DNA from: the human T2T-CHM13v2.0 reference genome, Homo sapiens
DNA: 64,000 bases
Strand: one strand, 5' to 3'
NCBI RefSeq assembly: GCF_009914755.1
Contig: NC_060930.1
The notes under the pieces are model-generated. The model did no database searches and was not told the origin of the DNA. It saw only the letters and a list, made by a program, of their open reading frames with translations. Positions within the stretch are counted from its first letter, which is position 1. Each line of letters starts with the position of its first letter. Below, piece after piece: positions 29,991 through 44,521 of the stretch. The position numbers were made by a program, and so were the translations under genes.

Positions 29991-30704
29991 ATCCTAGACA
30001 CAAAGACCGTGTCTGAGTAATATCTCTGGTTGTGTTTTCTAATCAATAGAATTAACCAGAATTAAGTAAACAAAATGCCTATTACATTTTTAAGGCCACG
30101 ATAGTATTAAAAATGCCCCCCCTTGCAGCCAAAAACATCATGTGATGGTGTAGACCTTAAAGCAATCACAAGAGGTCTGAAGTTACACCTAAAGAAAAAA
30201 ACTGCTAAAACTTTGCAGCTCCCAGAAAGGACATCCTTCTTCTCTCTCCTTAATGCCCATCTCAGATGTGCTTGCAGAGAACAATGTATGGGAGACTCTT
30301 TTGCAGTGCAGAAACGGGCACTCAGAATGGCTGCCAGGACATGAACCATGAACTCTTATTATCCAACAAGGTGGGACATGTGCTTTGAACCAATGACTAT
30401 TGGGAGCAGCTTCCATTCTTCCCTCTTCCCAAATGAGTACTTACTGTGGTTTTTACTTCTACCATTGTGTGAGATAATGCTGGGGAGGGTGGTGAGTGAT
30501 TTAACTTGTAACTGGCGATTTCTAGATCAAAAGGTAGAGGTTCTTGAGAGATAATGAACTTAGAACTAGATGCAGGATCTGGATGAGGCTTTCAGTTTGC
30601 TCCCTTTGGGAAAGGCCCAGCGCATTTCATGTAGACATTCACACTTTTGAAGGCTTATTCATGTAAAGATGGGGTATGATTATATATTATGTTGCCAAAG
30701 GGAT

Positions 30705-31257
30705 GTGAGGAGCTTGTTATTTGCCTACTTGGCATCTAATCCCCCTATGACATTTTTTAACAGAGACCCAATTTAGTTTAGATATTTAGTCCTTCTTCAA
30801 GCAGCCCAAGCATACGTAAATCAGTCTTAACCAACCCATACCAAGATTGTCAATGGTGGGTTCAGGAACCCAGAGCACAACATTCTCCTGGCAAGTGTTG
30901 CCGGTTTGAGGATGAGCATATGTCCTAAGTAGACCCAATCAACTGAAGAGAAGGTCATTATAACCTATGATGTGGGAGAGGCTCTTTCCCCCTCCTACCT
31001 ACTCATATATCCCTCCTTCAATTCACCATATACCCCTTAGGAACTAGATTGTAATCCTGAGAGAAGCCTACTTATAAACACACAGAGAAAGACAGAGTGA
31101 AGAAAAGGGCAACAAATTTGAGCCAGAGCCATAATCGTACTGTACCTGAGGCCTACATTATCTCTGGATTTCTTCCTTGAGATAACACATTTCCTTATTG
31201 TTCGACACAGTTTAAACTGAGGTTTCTGTTAGTTTCTGCCAAAAGCATCCTGATACA
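30705..31257 (+). mobile_element. Old MaLR/ERVL LTR (MLT1K/J-like)
   Basis: Degenerate 3' end atttccttattgttcgacacagtttaaactgaggtttctgttagtttctgccaaaagcatcctgataca. Confidence 0.55.
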
Positions 31258-31559
31258 TGAACTAAGTAGAAACAAGGTTTTCAGCCCAATCTTCTCTGCC
31301 TCAAAGACTGGGACAGGGAGGGTTAAACCAACACAAAGGGCACCAGGCTGCTAAACCAGAAGTTATGCAGAGGACTGGGAATGCAGGTCATTAGGTAGTC
31401 CATTAACAGGTTGTAGAGAAATAATTTTATATTTATCTTATAGTTACTTCACATGTGGAAAATATTGCTTTCCCATGCACAGTACTGCTATAAAGTTTAC
31501 TTTTAAATGAATGTGTTTATGTAAAAAGGAATCAACTTGAAGAAAATATCACAAGTCAT

Positions 31560-32083
31560 AGTATTTTCCTTGGGATGCTGTAACAAAATACCACAAACTG
31601 GATGGCTTAAAACAACAGAAATTTATTATTTCACCGTCTAGATATCAGAAATCTGAAATTGAGTTGTCAGTAGGGCCATGCCCCTCCTGGAGGATCTAGA
31701 GGAGGATTTTTCTTTACCTCTTCCTAGTTTCTGGTGGTTGCCAGAATCCTTCGCATTCCTTGGACTATAGATGCATCACTTCAGTCTCTATCTCCATCTT
31801 CACGTGTCCTTCGTGTGTGTGTGTGTGTGTGTGTGTGCGTGTGTGTGTCTGAGTCTTCACATAACATCCTTCTCTCTGTGTATCTGTGTCCATATTTGTC
31901 CATATTTCCATCTTCTTGTAAGGACATTGGTCATTGGCCTAGAGTTCACTCTTACCCTGTACTACCTCATCTTCACGTGAATATACTTGCAAAGACCATT
32001 TCCAAGCAAGGTCACATTCACACATACTGAGGATTAGGACTTCAGCATATCTTTTGGGAGGGCACAATTCAACCCACAAAACA
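31560..32083 (-). mobile_element. MLT1C-like solo LTR
   Basis: gctgtaacaaaataccacaaactggatggcttaaaacaacagaaattta...gggcacaattcaacccac. Confidence 0.88.
31813..31848. repeat. (GT)n microsatellite inside MLT1C
   Basis: About 18 GT units with one interruption. Confidence 0.97.
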
Positions 32084-32526
32084 AGTGATATTCAGATACA
32101 GCAGAAGTCATGAAAGTGGGATATAAAGAGCATTTTGAAACTCTGAGGATACTACTACAATGGAAAGAGGGGTGTATAAAGGAACCAGGACATATGTTCA
32201 GTTACACACAGGCCCACGAGCTTCAAGTCAAGCAATGTATTGTGATTTCTCAGAATGTGATCAACATTTGCTAACACCCCTCTAGACTCCTAACCTTAGC
32301 AAGTCATATCTGAAAATTATGTAGTCAGAACATAAAAAAGGAATCAAAATATTGATGCTGCTGGAAAAACAATCCAAAATACATGTATAGTCAGTGGTGT
32401 TGTCAAATGGAGGCAACACACATTTTTTATATTTCTCTGAGCATTTAGCCTTCTTCTAATAATTGATGTCTCCAAGGTAGAATTTAATTTCAATAATATT
32501 TCTAGCCAAAAATGACCATCCTTGTA

Positions 32527-33319
32527 TAGTCATGCATCACTTAAAGATGAGGAAATGGTTATTAGGTGATTTAGTTGTGGTATGAACTGTCAGGCCTCTG
32601 AGCCCAAGCCAAGCCATCACATCCCCGGTGACTTGCACATATACGCCCAGATGGCCTGAAGTAACTGAAGAATCACAAAAGAAGTGAAAATGCCCTGCCC
32701 CACCTTAACTGATGACATTCCACCACAAAAGAAGTGTAAACGGCTGGTCCTTGCCTTAAGTGATGACATTATCTTGTGAAAGTCCTTTTCCTGGCTCGTT
32801 CTGGCTCAAAAATCTCCCCCACCGAGCATCTTGCGACCCTCACTCCTGCCCGCCAGAGAACAAATCCCCTTTGACTGTAATTTTCTTTTATCTACCCAAA
32901 TCCTATAAAACGGCCCCACCCTTATCTCCCTTCGCTGACTCTCTTTTCGGACTCAGCCCGCCTGTACCCAGGTGATTAAAAGCTTTATTGCTCACACAAA
33001 GCCTGTTTGGTGGTCTCTTCACACGGATGCCCATGAAATGAACATCATAGAGTGTACTTACACAAACCTAGCTGGTTCAGCCTACTACACACCTAGGCTA
33101 GATGGTATAGCCTATTGCTCCTACCTAGGCTACAAACCTTTACAGCATGTTACTGTACTGAATACTGTAGGGAACTGGAAGACAATGGTAAGTATTTATG
33201 TCTCTAAACATATCTAAACATAGAAAAGGTAAGGTACAGTAAAATTATGATATAATCTTATTATGGGTCATAGATGCAATCCAACATTGACCAAAACATC
33301 ATTATGTGTCACATGGCTA
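32527..33319 (+). mobile_element. Tigger3a/MER7A DNA transposon, split by LTR7
   Basis: Terminal tagtcatgc...cacatggcta with flanking TA; internal catcatagagtgtacttacacaaacctag...aggctacaaacct. Confidence 0.88.
32588..33038 (+). mobile_element. LTR7 (HERV-H) solo LTR, 451 bp
   Basis: tgtcaggcctctgagcccaag...ggtggtctcttcacacggatgcccatgaaa; TSD TGAAC at 32583-32587 and 33039-33043. Confidence 0.96.
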
Positions 33320-34329
33320 TACTTGGAGAGGACTTCCTCTAATCTGGGCACTATTTCCCAGTACCTAGCATTAGCCTCTAATTTTTTTAGTCCCCAGCTG
33401 TGTCTCCTTGCAGGAAAACAAAAGCTTATAGTTTGATAATTAAATTAATTATAGAAAGTAATTATTACATGCTATACCTCAAAAAATTTGATCTGCAATT
33501 TGTCACACAGCATAAAGGGGGAGGGACAATTAGGAAGAGTCATTTTGCATTTAGAAGGTCAAAATTGGGATGTTTACTATTTGAAATTGAGCAAGAAACT
33601 CTGGGGAGAAAATAATAATAATAAATCTTGTAAACGGTTTTATGAAACCCTGGAACGCTTTGGATATTAGGAAGGTTTCCCTGTCTCATTTGTTGAAGTA
33701 ATAAAGTGTGAAGAAATGGTAAATCTGATTAGCCACGCTTTTCTAGCATTAACCTACAGTCTGAAAGGAAAGAAAGAATATCTAAAATTTCAATCACTGT
33801 TGTTTCCTGTGCTTAATCAGTTAAAGAAAAAATGTTCCCCAAGGCTGTTCAGAAAACAGTGATGTTCAGGTATGTGAGAAATCATTCGGAAACCCATGGA
33901 CCTGTGGCCAAGGCATATGCATTTTTCTGAATGTTGTCAAAAGCAGTTTTATCTTCATAATGTAAGGCAGAGGCTTCTTGGTTGTTTGTGAACCACCTGG
34001 TGTTCACAGACCAATGCAGGAATGCAGAAAGCTGTTTCCATGGCAATGAGACTTTCCTCCTGGCAACCACCCCTCCCCCACCTCCCATCTTTCTACGCTG
34101 TCAGGAGTTGAGATAGGATTTCTGCAAAGAGCAGCGATGGTGATAGAGCAAGCATTTTGTGTTTTTTTCAAATGCATCGGCTGCATGTTTATAAGCAGTA
34201 GGTGAATCTCCTCTGCCCACATGTGGAGAGGTTCACAGACCCATTAGAATCCAACCTTCTCACATTCAAATCACTACATCAATAGCATTTTCTTTAACAT
34301 CTCAGTTTATGAACAGACACTTCCTAGGT

Positions 34330-34559
34330 CAAAGGTCAGCGACTACAGCCCAGAGGCCAAACCTGGCCTGCCACGTGTGTTTCTAAGCAAAGCTTTATGG
34401 AAAGATGGTCACACTCAGGTGGTTATGTACTGCCACGGATGCTTCTATGTTTCAGTGGCTTAACTGACTAGTTGACAGGACAGACAGACACCATATGGCC
34501 CGAAAGTCCAAAAAACATTGACTATCTGACCCTTTAGAGACAAAGTTTGCCAATACCTA
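34330..34559 (+). mobile_element. MER58A hAT-Charlie MITE
   Basis: ctacagcccagaggccaaacctggcctgcc...actatctgaccctttagagacaaagtttgccaa. Confidence 0.85.
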
Positions 34560-34599
34560 TTGTAGATGATGTGGAGCCAAAACGTGGTAGAGAAGACTG

Positions 34600-35820
34600 C
34601 CAAATACTGAAGTAGGCACAGTATGCTATAGTAAATAGAGAGAACTAAATGAATGCTAGTAAGAATTCCTCTGTATCCCTCAGGCCCAGACTGTTCTGAG
34701 AAGAATCTCTTCTAAAGGTGAGACTGAAAAGATAGGAAGCCTTAGGAAAGACACGTTTTAAGGGACAGGGAGGTGTTCTAGATAAGAGCCAGCGGAGGAT
34801 GGTGAAGGGACACATAAGAAACCCATGAACACTGGAAAGGACCACGCAAACTTGAGGTGCTGCTCTCATGGTGAGCACAAGTTCTCAACAATGGGAGGAG
34901 AGGTTTGTGAATAGCAGGAAGTAAGGTTAGGGCCAAAGATACATAGGCTCATGAAAGTCGGGCAAAGGAAATGACCTTCTTCTATAGGGAATGAGCACCC
35001 ACTAAACTATAAACTGATAGGATGAGAGCTTTGTTTAAGGCAAATCCAGAAAATCAGATGAAGGATTAGCTACAGAGAATGGGAGAAGGAAGAGAGGGAA
35101 GCCAGTTCATTAATATCTGTCATCTATGTTATGCTTGTTGTGTGCCAGAAGCTACTCTAAGTTCCTAACATGCATTAACTCACTTAATCCTACTAACAAC
35201 CCTATGAGGTAAACTACTATGATTGCTACTTTGCAGATGAGAAATCTGTGGCCAAAGTGGTTAAGTAGTCAAAGTCCTACAGATAGAAATTTGCAAAGCC
35301 AGGATTTAAATCCAGATGTTGTGGCTCCAGAGTCCAACTTCTGTACCCAGTTACAAATTATATCAAAGTATAAAATTGAGATAAGAATTCAGTTAGCCTT
35401 GTTGCAGTGGCACCTGCAAGGTGCTCCATAAATGTATTTGATGAGTAAATAATGAATGAAAGAAAAGACAAAAAAGGAAATAACAAGTACAAAGAGCATG
35501 AGGGAGAAGAAAAATCAATGGCACTCAGGGTCTAATATAAAAGATTCAAAGGAGAAGGAGGCATCAAAGATAATTCTAATCATTCCCTTTTGGATGGCCA
35601 GAAGAATGATGGAATTGACGCACACGAAAATAGGAGGGAAAATCAGCTTTGGGGATAAAGTGGTAAATTCAGTTTGAGATTAAACAGATGATGAATTTGA
35701 TGAGATGGCAGAGCATCCAGGTAGAAATGCCCAGCAAGTCCTTGGAGATATAGGACCAGAATCCAGGAGGGAACTAGAGTCAAAACAATAGAGTTGGTGA
35801 CTGGGCTGCATGGAAGTAAT
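34600..35820 (-). mobile_element. Degraded L2 fragments with a nested antisense MIR (~35110-35345)
   Basis: MIR: cacttaatcctactaacaaccctatgaggta...tgcagatgagaaatctgtggc; L2: gcatccaggtagaaatgcccagcaag. Confidence 0.65.
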
Positions 35821-36473
35821 AGAGGCGACAGGGTGGTGGTGTCTCTCTCACACTGATGGGAAAAATGAAGCTATCTTCACTCTTGACATGTGCAATAAAT
35901 AAAACAAAGAAAACCATTAGATGCTGGCAAGGTGTGAAACTGGCCTCCTGAAAAGAAGGTGGGCTGGCTCAGCGGAAATTGGGAAAGAGAGGGGAATATT
36001 CATTTATGCTGAGCTTGCTACATCCCAAGTGCTCTGACACTGCATTTCATGATCACAGTGAGACTGAAACCTCCCCTCGAGAGCAGAAAAAATAGACAGG
36101 ATAAATGGCTTACAGAAGGACACAGCTAGAACAGCCCAGAGCCAGGACTGAAGCCCAGTGAGCCAGTACAACGCCCACGCTATAAACACAACTCCAACTA
36201 CAAAAGGGTCCTTCTGCGGGTTTTCCCAAATTTCCCCAAACCCTCAGAGCCATCAGGTACTCTGCCTGACTCTGCAAACTGTTCTGTAATCCTCACATCA
36301 CCTTCAAGAAAAAAGCTATAGTCACTGCTTAAATAGCTACCCCTCCGTGGGTGTTATCCTGTAACAGCTCATTTCAGACATTGACCAATGGTTGGGGAAA
36401 ATTTGGAAGAATATGCCAAAGCATCCCTAAGCCTTCGAAAAGCCTCACAATAATTTCTTCCTAGTCGTTCTCA

Positions 36474-36500
36474 TTTCTGGTTTCTGGTTTCTGGTTTCTG
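36474..36500. repeat. (TTTCTGG)n short tandem repeat
   Basis: About 4 perfect 7-bp units. Confidence 0.9.
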
Positions 36501-38100
36501 TCAGGGCGGCCCTTCCCTGAGGTAGGAAGGCAGGCATCCAGAATTGGATCCAGAGCTTGGGATCTGGAAAACTGGGAATCCCAGGAATCTCTCTCTTCAA
36601 ACCCTCAGTGTTTAATATAAAGATGCATAATAATTTATTTCAAATGAAAAATATATGAGTTCCTTTGCTTTTGATTATGGATACAACAGATAATACCAAA
36701 TACAATAAAGACTAAAAGGAAAAAAAATAAATACAAAAGGAATGATCTGTCTTTTAATTTACACTGTGTTTTCATTGGTCTTGTTTACTTCAATTGTCTA
36801 AACTAAGTTTATATTTAAACACCACATTAAAACTACTTTGTAATTACGTGAATTCTCTTAAATGTACCTGTGCTAATTCTTTCTTTTTTCTCAAATCAAG
36901 CAGCCAGTCTCACTGATTTTCTTGAAACAAACTTCTTCCTTGACGATCTCTTTCATTTTGTAGTGAAGTTACATCAACTCACTGTATATCTCAAATAAGT
37001 AAATTTCTTCATGCAAATACTATTGTCAATAAAGCTAAGAAAATAATTAAGAAAAATTTATCCAGAGACTGGGACTAAAGACCTGAATACCTAGCAATAA
37101 ATAAACGGAAGTACTGTGTCTACAGACACTCATATTAACGATAATATTATTCAGGTTAATTCCTTCTGATAGCAAATGAAACGAGGGAATAGAAAATATT
37201 TCAAACAAGCAGCTTAGTGCTTCAGATTCAGAGCAGGTCTCCAATTTCTCTTAAAATCTGAGACCTTTGCATGCTGTGGGCAAATGGATTGAGCTATACA
37301 AAATTGCACAAAGCATCTAGCTTGGCATTTTTTGAACCTCATTACCCTCCCTGAGAAACAGACCTAGCAGGAAGCAAAAAAGCCTTTTATATCCCTGCGT
37401 CAGTAGAAATGATTCTGGTATATGGAAGACCTGACTACTAGCCACCGTGTTAAAGGCCTCTCAGCATGACGCTAAGAAAATTAATACATTCCCTATCAGT
37501 CACTTTAGCTCTTGCTGTTTAACAACAGCTGCACTAAATGAAGTAGGTTAATAGGGGAATGGGGAAGGGACAATTGGCTGAGAAGGAACATCATGGAAAC
37601 AACCACAAATCTATGGGGCAAGGCACTTCTCTGCCAAAAGCTCACCTAGCAATATTCAAGGTTTCAAATCCATGCTGATTCTACAACATGTGCTCAAGTT
37701 TCTCGGCCTTTCTCCCCCTTTAAAAAGAGGGATAGGAATTTTGTGAGCTATAGAAACCATCTTTCTTTTCCTAATACCTATTTCAAGTCTGAATCCCAGC
37801 AACCACCAGCTGTATTTCTACTCTTTACCTAAGATAATTCCAGGTCCAGATGTTGGGGTAGCCTTCCCTAGCACTCCTAGGTAGAGTTATACCATACTTT
37901 TGTCTGGGTTTCCATAGTGTTATATGATCTACTACTACTTTTATCACTGTTCTACCAGAATTTACCAACATATCTTCACTTATAGGCTGTGAGCGCTTTA
38001 GGGCAGGAACCTATGTACTCTTTACCCAGTACAGTGCACAGGCACGGGACACTTTCTCAGGCATTCTCTCAGCCCTAGACCAACAGCCACTCTCCCCAAC

Positions 38101-38568
38101 TCTAGGGGGTTGAACAGTGTCACCCAAAATTCATATACTCCCTGAGCCTCAGAATGTGGCCTTATTTGAAAATAGGGGTCTTTACAGATATAGTTAAGGT
38201 AAGGATTGAGATGAGATCATGCTGGTTTAGGGTGGGCCTTAAGTCTAATGACAGTGTCCGTATAAGAGACAGAAAAGGACAGACAGAGGAGACACACAGA
38301 GGAGAAAGACACACAGAGGAGAGGTCCATGTGAAGACAGAGGAGGAGATTGGAGCAATGGTGCCACAAGCCAAGGAACACCAAGAGCCACCAGAAGCTGG
38401 AAGAGGCAAGAAAGGATTCTCTCCTAGGGACTTTCAAGGGAACATGGCTCTGTTAGCACCTTGGACTTCTGGCCTCCAGAACTGTAAGAGGGTAAATTTA
38501 TGCTGTCTGTTGTTTTAAGACACCAAATTTGTGGTAATTTGTTACAGCAGCTCTAGGAAACTAATAGA
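38101..38568 (+). mobile_element. MLT1C-like solo LTR
   Basis: gggttgaacagtgtcacccaaaattc...ccaccagaagctggaagaggcaag...gttacagcagctctaggaaactaataga. Confidence 0.9.
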
Positions 38569-38569
38569 C

Positions 38570-40270
38570 TTCCTGTTTCTGGAAACTGGCTTCCTACCAA
38601 GCCACATGGGTTTAGCCATGCTGGTACCACAAGACTCTGATCATTACCCCCAGCCCCACCCTCCTCGCAGTACTGGGCACTGATCTAAGTTGGGCCAACA
38701 GCATTCATTCCTTGGAAGTTTGGGGATAATGAGAGAAAAACCTTCTTTCTCCACTCTCCTATCTCATTCAAGCCTGCTGAAAGGTCATCTCATTGACACA
38801 TTCCTTGAAATCCTATCAAAATTCTACTTTTTATGACTCAACATCTTTTACCACCTTATTTCTATCTGACTTTATATTATTTTGTACTTTTTTTCTTTTT
38901 GTTCCCCTGATCTCGCCATAAGCATGTAGTCTTCCAAACGAGATCTAATTAAAGAGTTTCTGCACAGCAAAAGAAACTGTCACCAGAGTGAACAGACAAC
39001 CTACAGAATGGGAAAACATTTTTGCAATCTATCCATCTGACAAAGGTCTAATAACCAGAGTCCACAAGGAACTTAAAAAGAATACAAGAGAAAACAATCC
39101 CATTAAACCATTAAAAAGTGGGCAAACTACATGAACAGACATTTCTCAAAAGAAGACATTCATGTAGCCAAAAAACACATGACACACGAAAAAAAGCTCA
39201 GCATCACTGATCATTAGGGAAATGCAAATCAAAACCACAATGAGACACCATCTCATGCCAGTCAGAATGGCACTTATTAAAAAGTCAAGAAATAACAGAT
39301 GCTGATGAAGTTGCAGAGAAAAAAGGAATGCTTTTACACTTAATTTATGAGAGTATAAATTAGTTTAACCATTGTAGAAGACAGTGTGGCAATTCCTCAA
39401 TGATCTAGAATCAGAAATACAATTAGACTCAGAAATCCCATTACTGGGTATTGACCCAAAGGAATATAAATCATTCTATTATGAAAATACATGCACACAT
39501 ATGTTCATTGCAGCACTATTCACAACAGCAAAGACATGGTGTCAACCCAAATGTCCATCAATGATAGACTGGATGAAGAAAATGAGGTACATGGAATACT
39601 ATGCAGCCATAAAAAGGAATGAAATCATGTCCTTTGTAGGGACATGGATGGACCTGAAAGTCGTTATCCTCAGCAAACTAACGTGGGAACAGAAAACCAA
39701 ACACCACATGTTCTCGCTTATAAGTGGGAGCTGAACGATGAGAACACATGGACACATAGAGGAGAACAACACACACTGGAGCCTGTCGGGAGGAAGGCGG
39801 GAGGAGGGACAGCATCAGGAATAATAGCTAATGGATGCTGGGCTTAATACCTAGGTGATGGGACGATCTGTGCAGCAAATCACCATGGCACAGGTTTACT
39901 ATGTAACAAACCTGCACACCCTGCACATGTACCCTGGAACTTAAAACAAAAGTTGAAGAAAAAAACAAAGAATGTAGTCTCCATGAAAGCAGGGACTTGG
40001 CCTGTTTGGTTGACTCCTGTGTTTCCTGTACCTCAAATTTGGACTCATGCACAGTAGATCTACAGGAAGACAGACAAAGCTGATCTGAAAAAAAGATATC
40101 AAGGCAAAAGATGAAGAGCTCAAGTTTCCATCAGCATTCCAGTTCCCTGTTTTGATCTTTCCTGAGGCCTGCCATATTTCTGCCCTTGGCTTCTGAGGGA
40201 CATTCTGATGAAATGTGCTCTCCTAAACTTAAGCCAGTTTGAGTTGGTTTATGTTTCTTTTAACTAAACA
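38570..40270 (+). mobile_element. LTR16-like relic containing an L2 3' end (~38740-40060), which contains the L1PA10/11
   Basis: LTR16-like ends (taagttgggccaacagcatt; cttaagccagtttgagttggttt); L2 tail tccatgaaagcagggacttggcctgtttggttgact. Confidence 0.55.
38937..39967 (+). mobile_element. L1PA10/11-like 5'-truncated LINE-1
   Basis: ORF2 end plus 3' UTR agcatcaggaataatagctaatggatgctgggcttaatacc; TSD aagcatgtagtcttcca (38920-38936) / aagaatgtagtctcca (39968-39983). Confidence 0.92.
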
Positions 40271-40739
40271 ATAAACTTAGTATACATGATATTTAGTAGG
40301 AGCTCCAACATCTTAGCGGAAAAGATAAGAGAATGAAAAACTGAATGAATAAGTGTATAAATTAACTAATGAATCCAATATGGCACAAAACTGGGTTAGT
40401 CTTACAAGTGACTAGCATGATTTGAAAATTGTAGAAATGTATTTGCTACCCTCTGAATTCATCTTCTTACCACTAACTTGTGTGTCTGGAATTCCATCAC
40501 TACAGACATTAGGAACACTCCATTCAATATAATCTTCCTGCAAAAAGAAAAACAGGAACTACTTTAACAGACCTTAGAGAGCTAGACTCTTCTTAATGAT
40601 TTATAAAGTAGTCACTTTTTGAAGGACTAAGGGAAGAATCACAGACATGGGAAATGGGAGGACAGAAATATTAATTTCAACCTCTTCTCTATTTATTTGA
40701 GAGCTGGTCTAGTACTTCTGGGGAATTATGGAATCATGC

Positions 40740-41213
40740 CATGGAAGACTGATGGCATGGATAGCCCAATGAATGGCCTCTCTGGATCCATGCCTTTTAC
40801 CATGTGACTCTGTAACTCCTCTCATCAAGAGGTTTGGTCTGTTTTCCCAGTTCTTGAATCTGAGCCATCTTGTGTCTAACTTTGGCCAAAAGAATGGGGC
40901 AAAAGTAACACTGTGCCTAGGCCTCATGGGGTGCCTGTGGTTCCTCTATTTCTTGGAAACCTGCCACCTCCATGAAACCTCTGCTGAAGATTGAGAGAAG
41001 TGACTCAGTTCTCCCCACCACACCCCTACCTTGGCTGCAGCTGACCAGCTGACATGTGAGTGAAGCCATCCTAGTCCCCAGCTGATCTACAAACTATTCA
41101 TAGTTGCATGATAGAATCTAGTCAAGCTAAGGCCAAGTTGATGTTATAAACATTTATTGTTCTAATCCACTGAGTTTTGGAATGGCTCATTGCACAGCAA
41201 TAGCCAAGTGATA
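40740..41213 (+). mobile_element. MLT1H/G-like solo LTR
   Basis: catgtgactctgtaactcctctcatcaagagg...ccactgagttttggaatggctcattgcacagcaatagc. Confidence 0.8.
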
Positions 41214-41702
41214 AAATAACATTCTACTCTGGAAATCCCAAATCTGAGAATATGTCATTTTCTAAAACCATCTGTAAGTCTTGGACTCTGATACAACCTT
41301 CTTTGAGAAAATTTATACTTGGAGGGAGGTTAGGTTTTCCAGGTTGGCCCCAACATCTACTTACTCTCCAATAGCACAGTATCTCCAAGTGTGCCAGTGC
41401 TCCCAAGGAATCTTCCTTCAGAGTTTCTCATGGAATGATGGGAACACATCTCCCTTTACTGCAGGCCCACATTTAGGACTCTCACATTCTCCACTCTCAT
41501 CGCTTACACTGACACTGACCCTTGGACCTCGCACAGAGAAGTCGACTGGGGATTGAGGGGTCTAGAAAAAGATATGAGGAGCTGCAAATAGAGCGGAAGA
41601 CAGTGAGAACCTGACACAGTGCCACAGGGGGCTGGAGCTGGAATCAAAATTCAGCCTGGGGATGGAGCATGATGAGGAATTTTAATAGAAATTTGAAGAA
41701 AA

Positions 41703-42099
<397 letters not shown>

Positions 42100-42114
42100 T
42101 CACCACCGAATCTA

Positions 42115-42694
<580 letters not shown>

Positions 42695-44502
42695 TCATGG
42701 GTGAGAGCTATTGGAGACTGAGGTTTCTGTGGACCAAGAGGTCTCCACTTTTCTCATCAGTGAGGACTGACACCTCCTGGAGACTCCAGTGTATGTGTGT
42801 CAGCTGGAGGAAACAGGGAGGTGCCCCATGGGGTGAGCGGAAGAGTCTTTTTTTTTTTTTTTGAGATAAAAACAGAATCTATAAACATTGTCTGTAGCCC
42901 ACTCTAATAAATATCCCAGCAGGATCATTTTCATAATATCGTGTGGTTTTCTCCATGTGTTTCACTTTGGCCCCCTTTGCAGGGCAGAGGGGCAGGTATA
43001 TATACATACGGGTATATATACAGGCCCCAAAGCAGATGTTACTTGCAAAGGCAACTATGGTTTTCCGAATGTTTCAGCCATTAAAAATATTATGCTTCCC
43101 AGGAGTCCTGGAAGCAAAGGGGAAATGAAGCATGAGGGCAAAAAGAAAAAAAAAAGGAAGGGAGAAGAGGACAGAGAGGGCAAGAGAAGGAGGAAGGAGT
43201 GAAAGTCAGCAGATACGGTGACCAGCGGGACCTTTGCCCACCCTGTCTCCCGCCACTCATGGAAGTGGCAAGAACTTAGAATGGATGCTACAGGGTGCAA
43301 CCAGAAATGGTGAGGTTTAGGCAGCAGTGGTCCCAGCCTCAGAAACAATTCCCATGCCTCCTGTGTAGAAGCCCAGAGCCAGAACTGGGGGATGACTAAG
43401 GGCCTCAATAAAGAAAATGTCAGCAGAATTAGAATTCCTCCAGTTCGTCGGGACTCCATGAATTCTGATGTGACTCTGGGAGAAGAGGCAGGCCCAATAC
43501 TGATAGGATGTGGGTATGAGGTCTCCGATGTGGATTTATTAAATGAAGATCAAGAAATGGCAATATCTTGCACACCCTGGTTTGTGGATAGTGATTCATA
43601 CCACCTCACTTGCAGACATATCATGCCTTCTACCTTACTGAATGTATGAATGAGCATCAATCCTGTTTTCTTGGTTCCTTTTGAATCAGAATGAACTTTT
43701 TAGATCCCTACTCCATAAACCTTCAGACAAACATCCTGCTCCTGTAGTTCAGTTACATCTCAGAGGTTTGTTATAGCAGCTGATTCAGAGCATGCCCCTT
43801 TCCATCATGGCCAGAAAATGAGATAATGAGCATGTGGGAAACAACAAGGAAATAAATTATACATGGGTTTTTGAACTTACAGAATTGATGGAGATTGTCT
43901 TCATTGCATCTCAGGACTCTGTGTCATACTTAGAATCACAGTTTGCCTCTGCCAATAGAAAAAATTTGCCGGAAAATATATTAGATGTCCTTCTGAAAGA
44001 CGTTAACCCCTTTTCCCCTTGCCTCCGCCTATTAAGATTAATTAAATCGGATTACGCATTTGAAGAATTTAGAACAATGCTAGCACATGATAGGAGCTCA
44101 GTAAATTATGTTGCCATTGTTGTTTTTATAAGACAGAAATACTCATGCATCAAACTGCTGGTGTCTTAAGGATGAAATCAGTACAGAAAAAACTCCAGCC
44201 CAATCCCACAGTTACCCTTGTCCTCAGCTCATAGGAGCAGGTCAGCAGCCCACTCCATAAGCAGTAGGTTGTCAGGAAGCATAAAGGCCTGGACATGGAG
44301 CAAAGGAGCAAAAAGAAAAGATACATTTTCTCAAATCCACAGACACTGAAAGCCTATATAAATTTCATTATGAGATTTGCCATTGCTACAGACTCACGTA
44401 CTATTTTCAGCTTTATTTTGCCTTTTCTTTAAAAAAAAAAAAAAAAGTCAGCTTGCCGCTGCTAAAATATGAATTGGGACACCTGCCAGCCTTCACCTGA
44501 GC

Positions 44503-44521
44503 TGGCGCACTCTAGTGGGCC
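44503..44521 (-). promoter_or_regulatory. Candidate CTCF site
   Basis: Minus strand ggCCCACTAGAGTGCGCCA, one mismatch from the CCACTAGAGGGCGC core, in non-repeat DNA. Confidence 0.5.
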
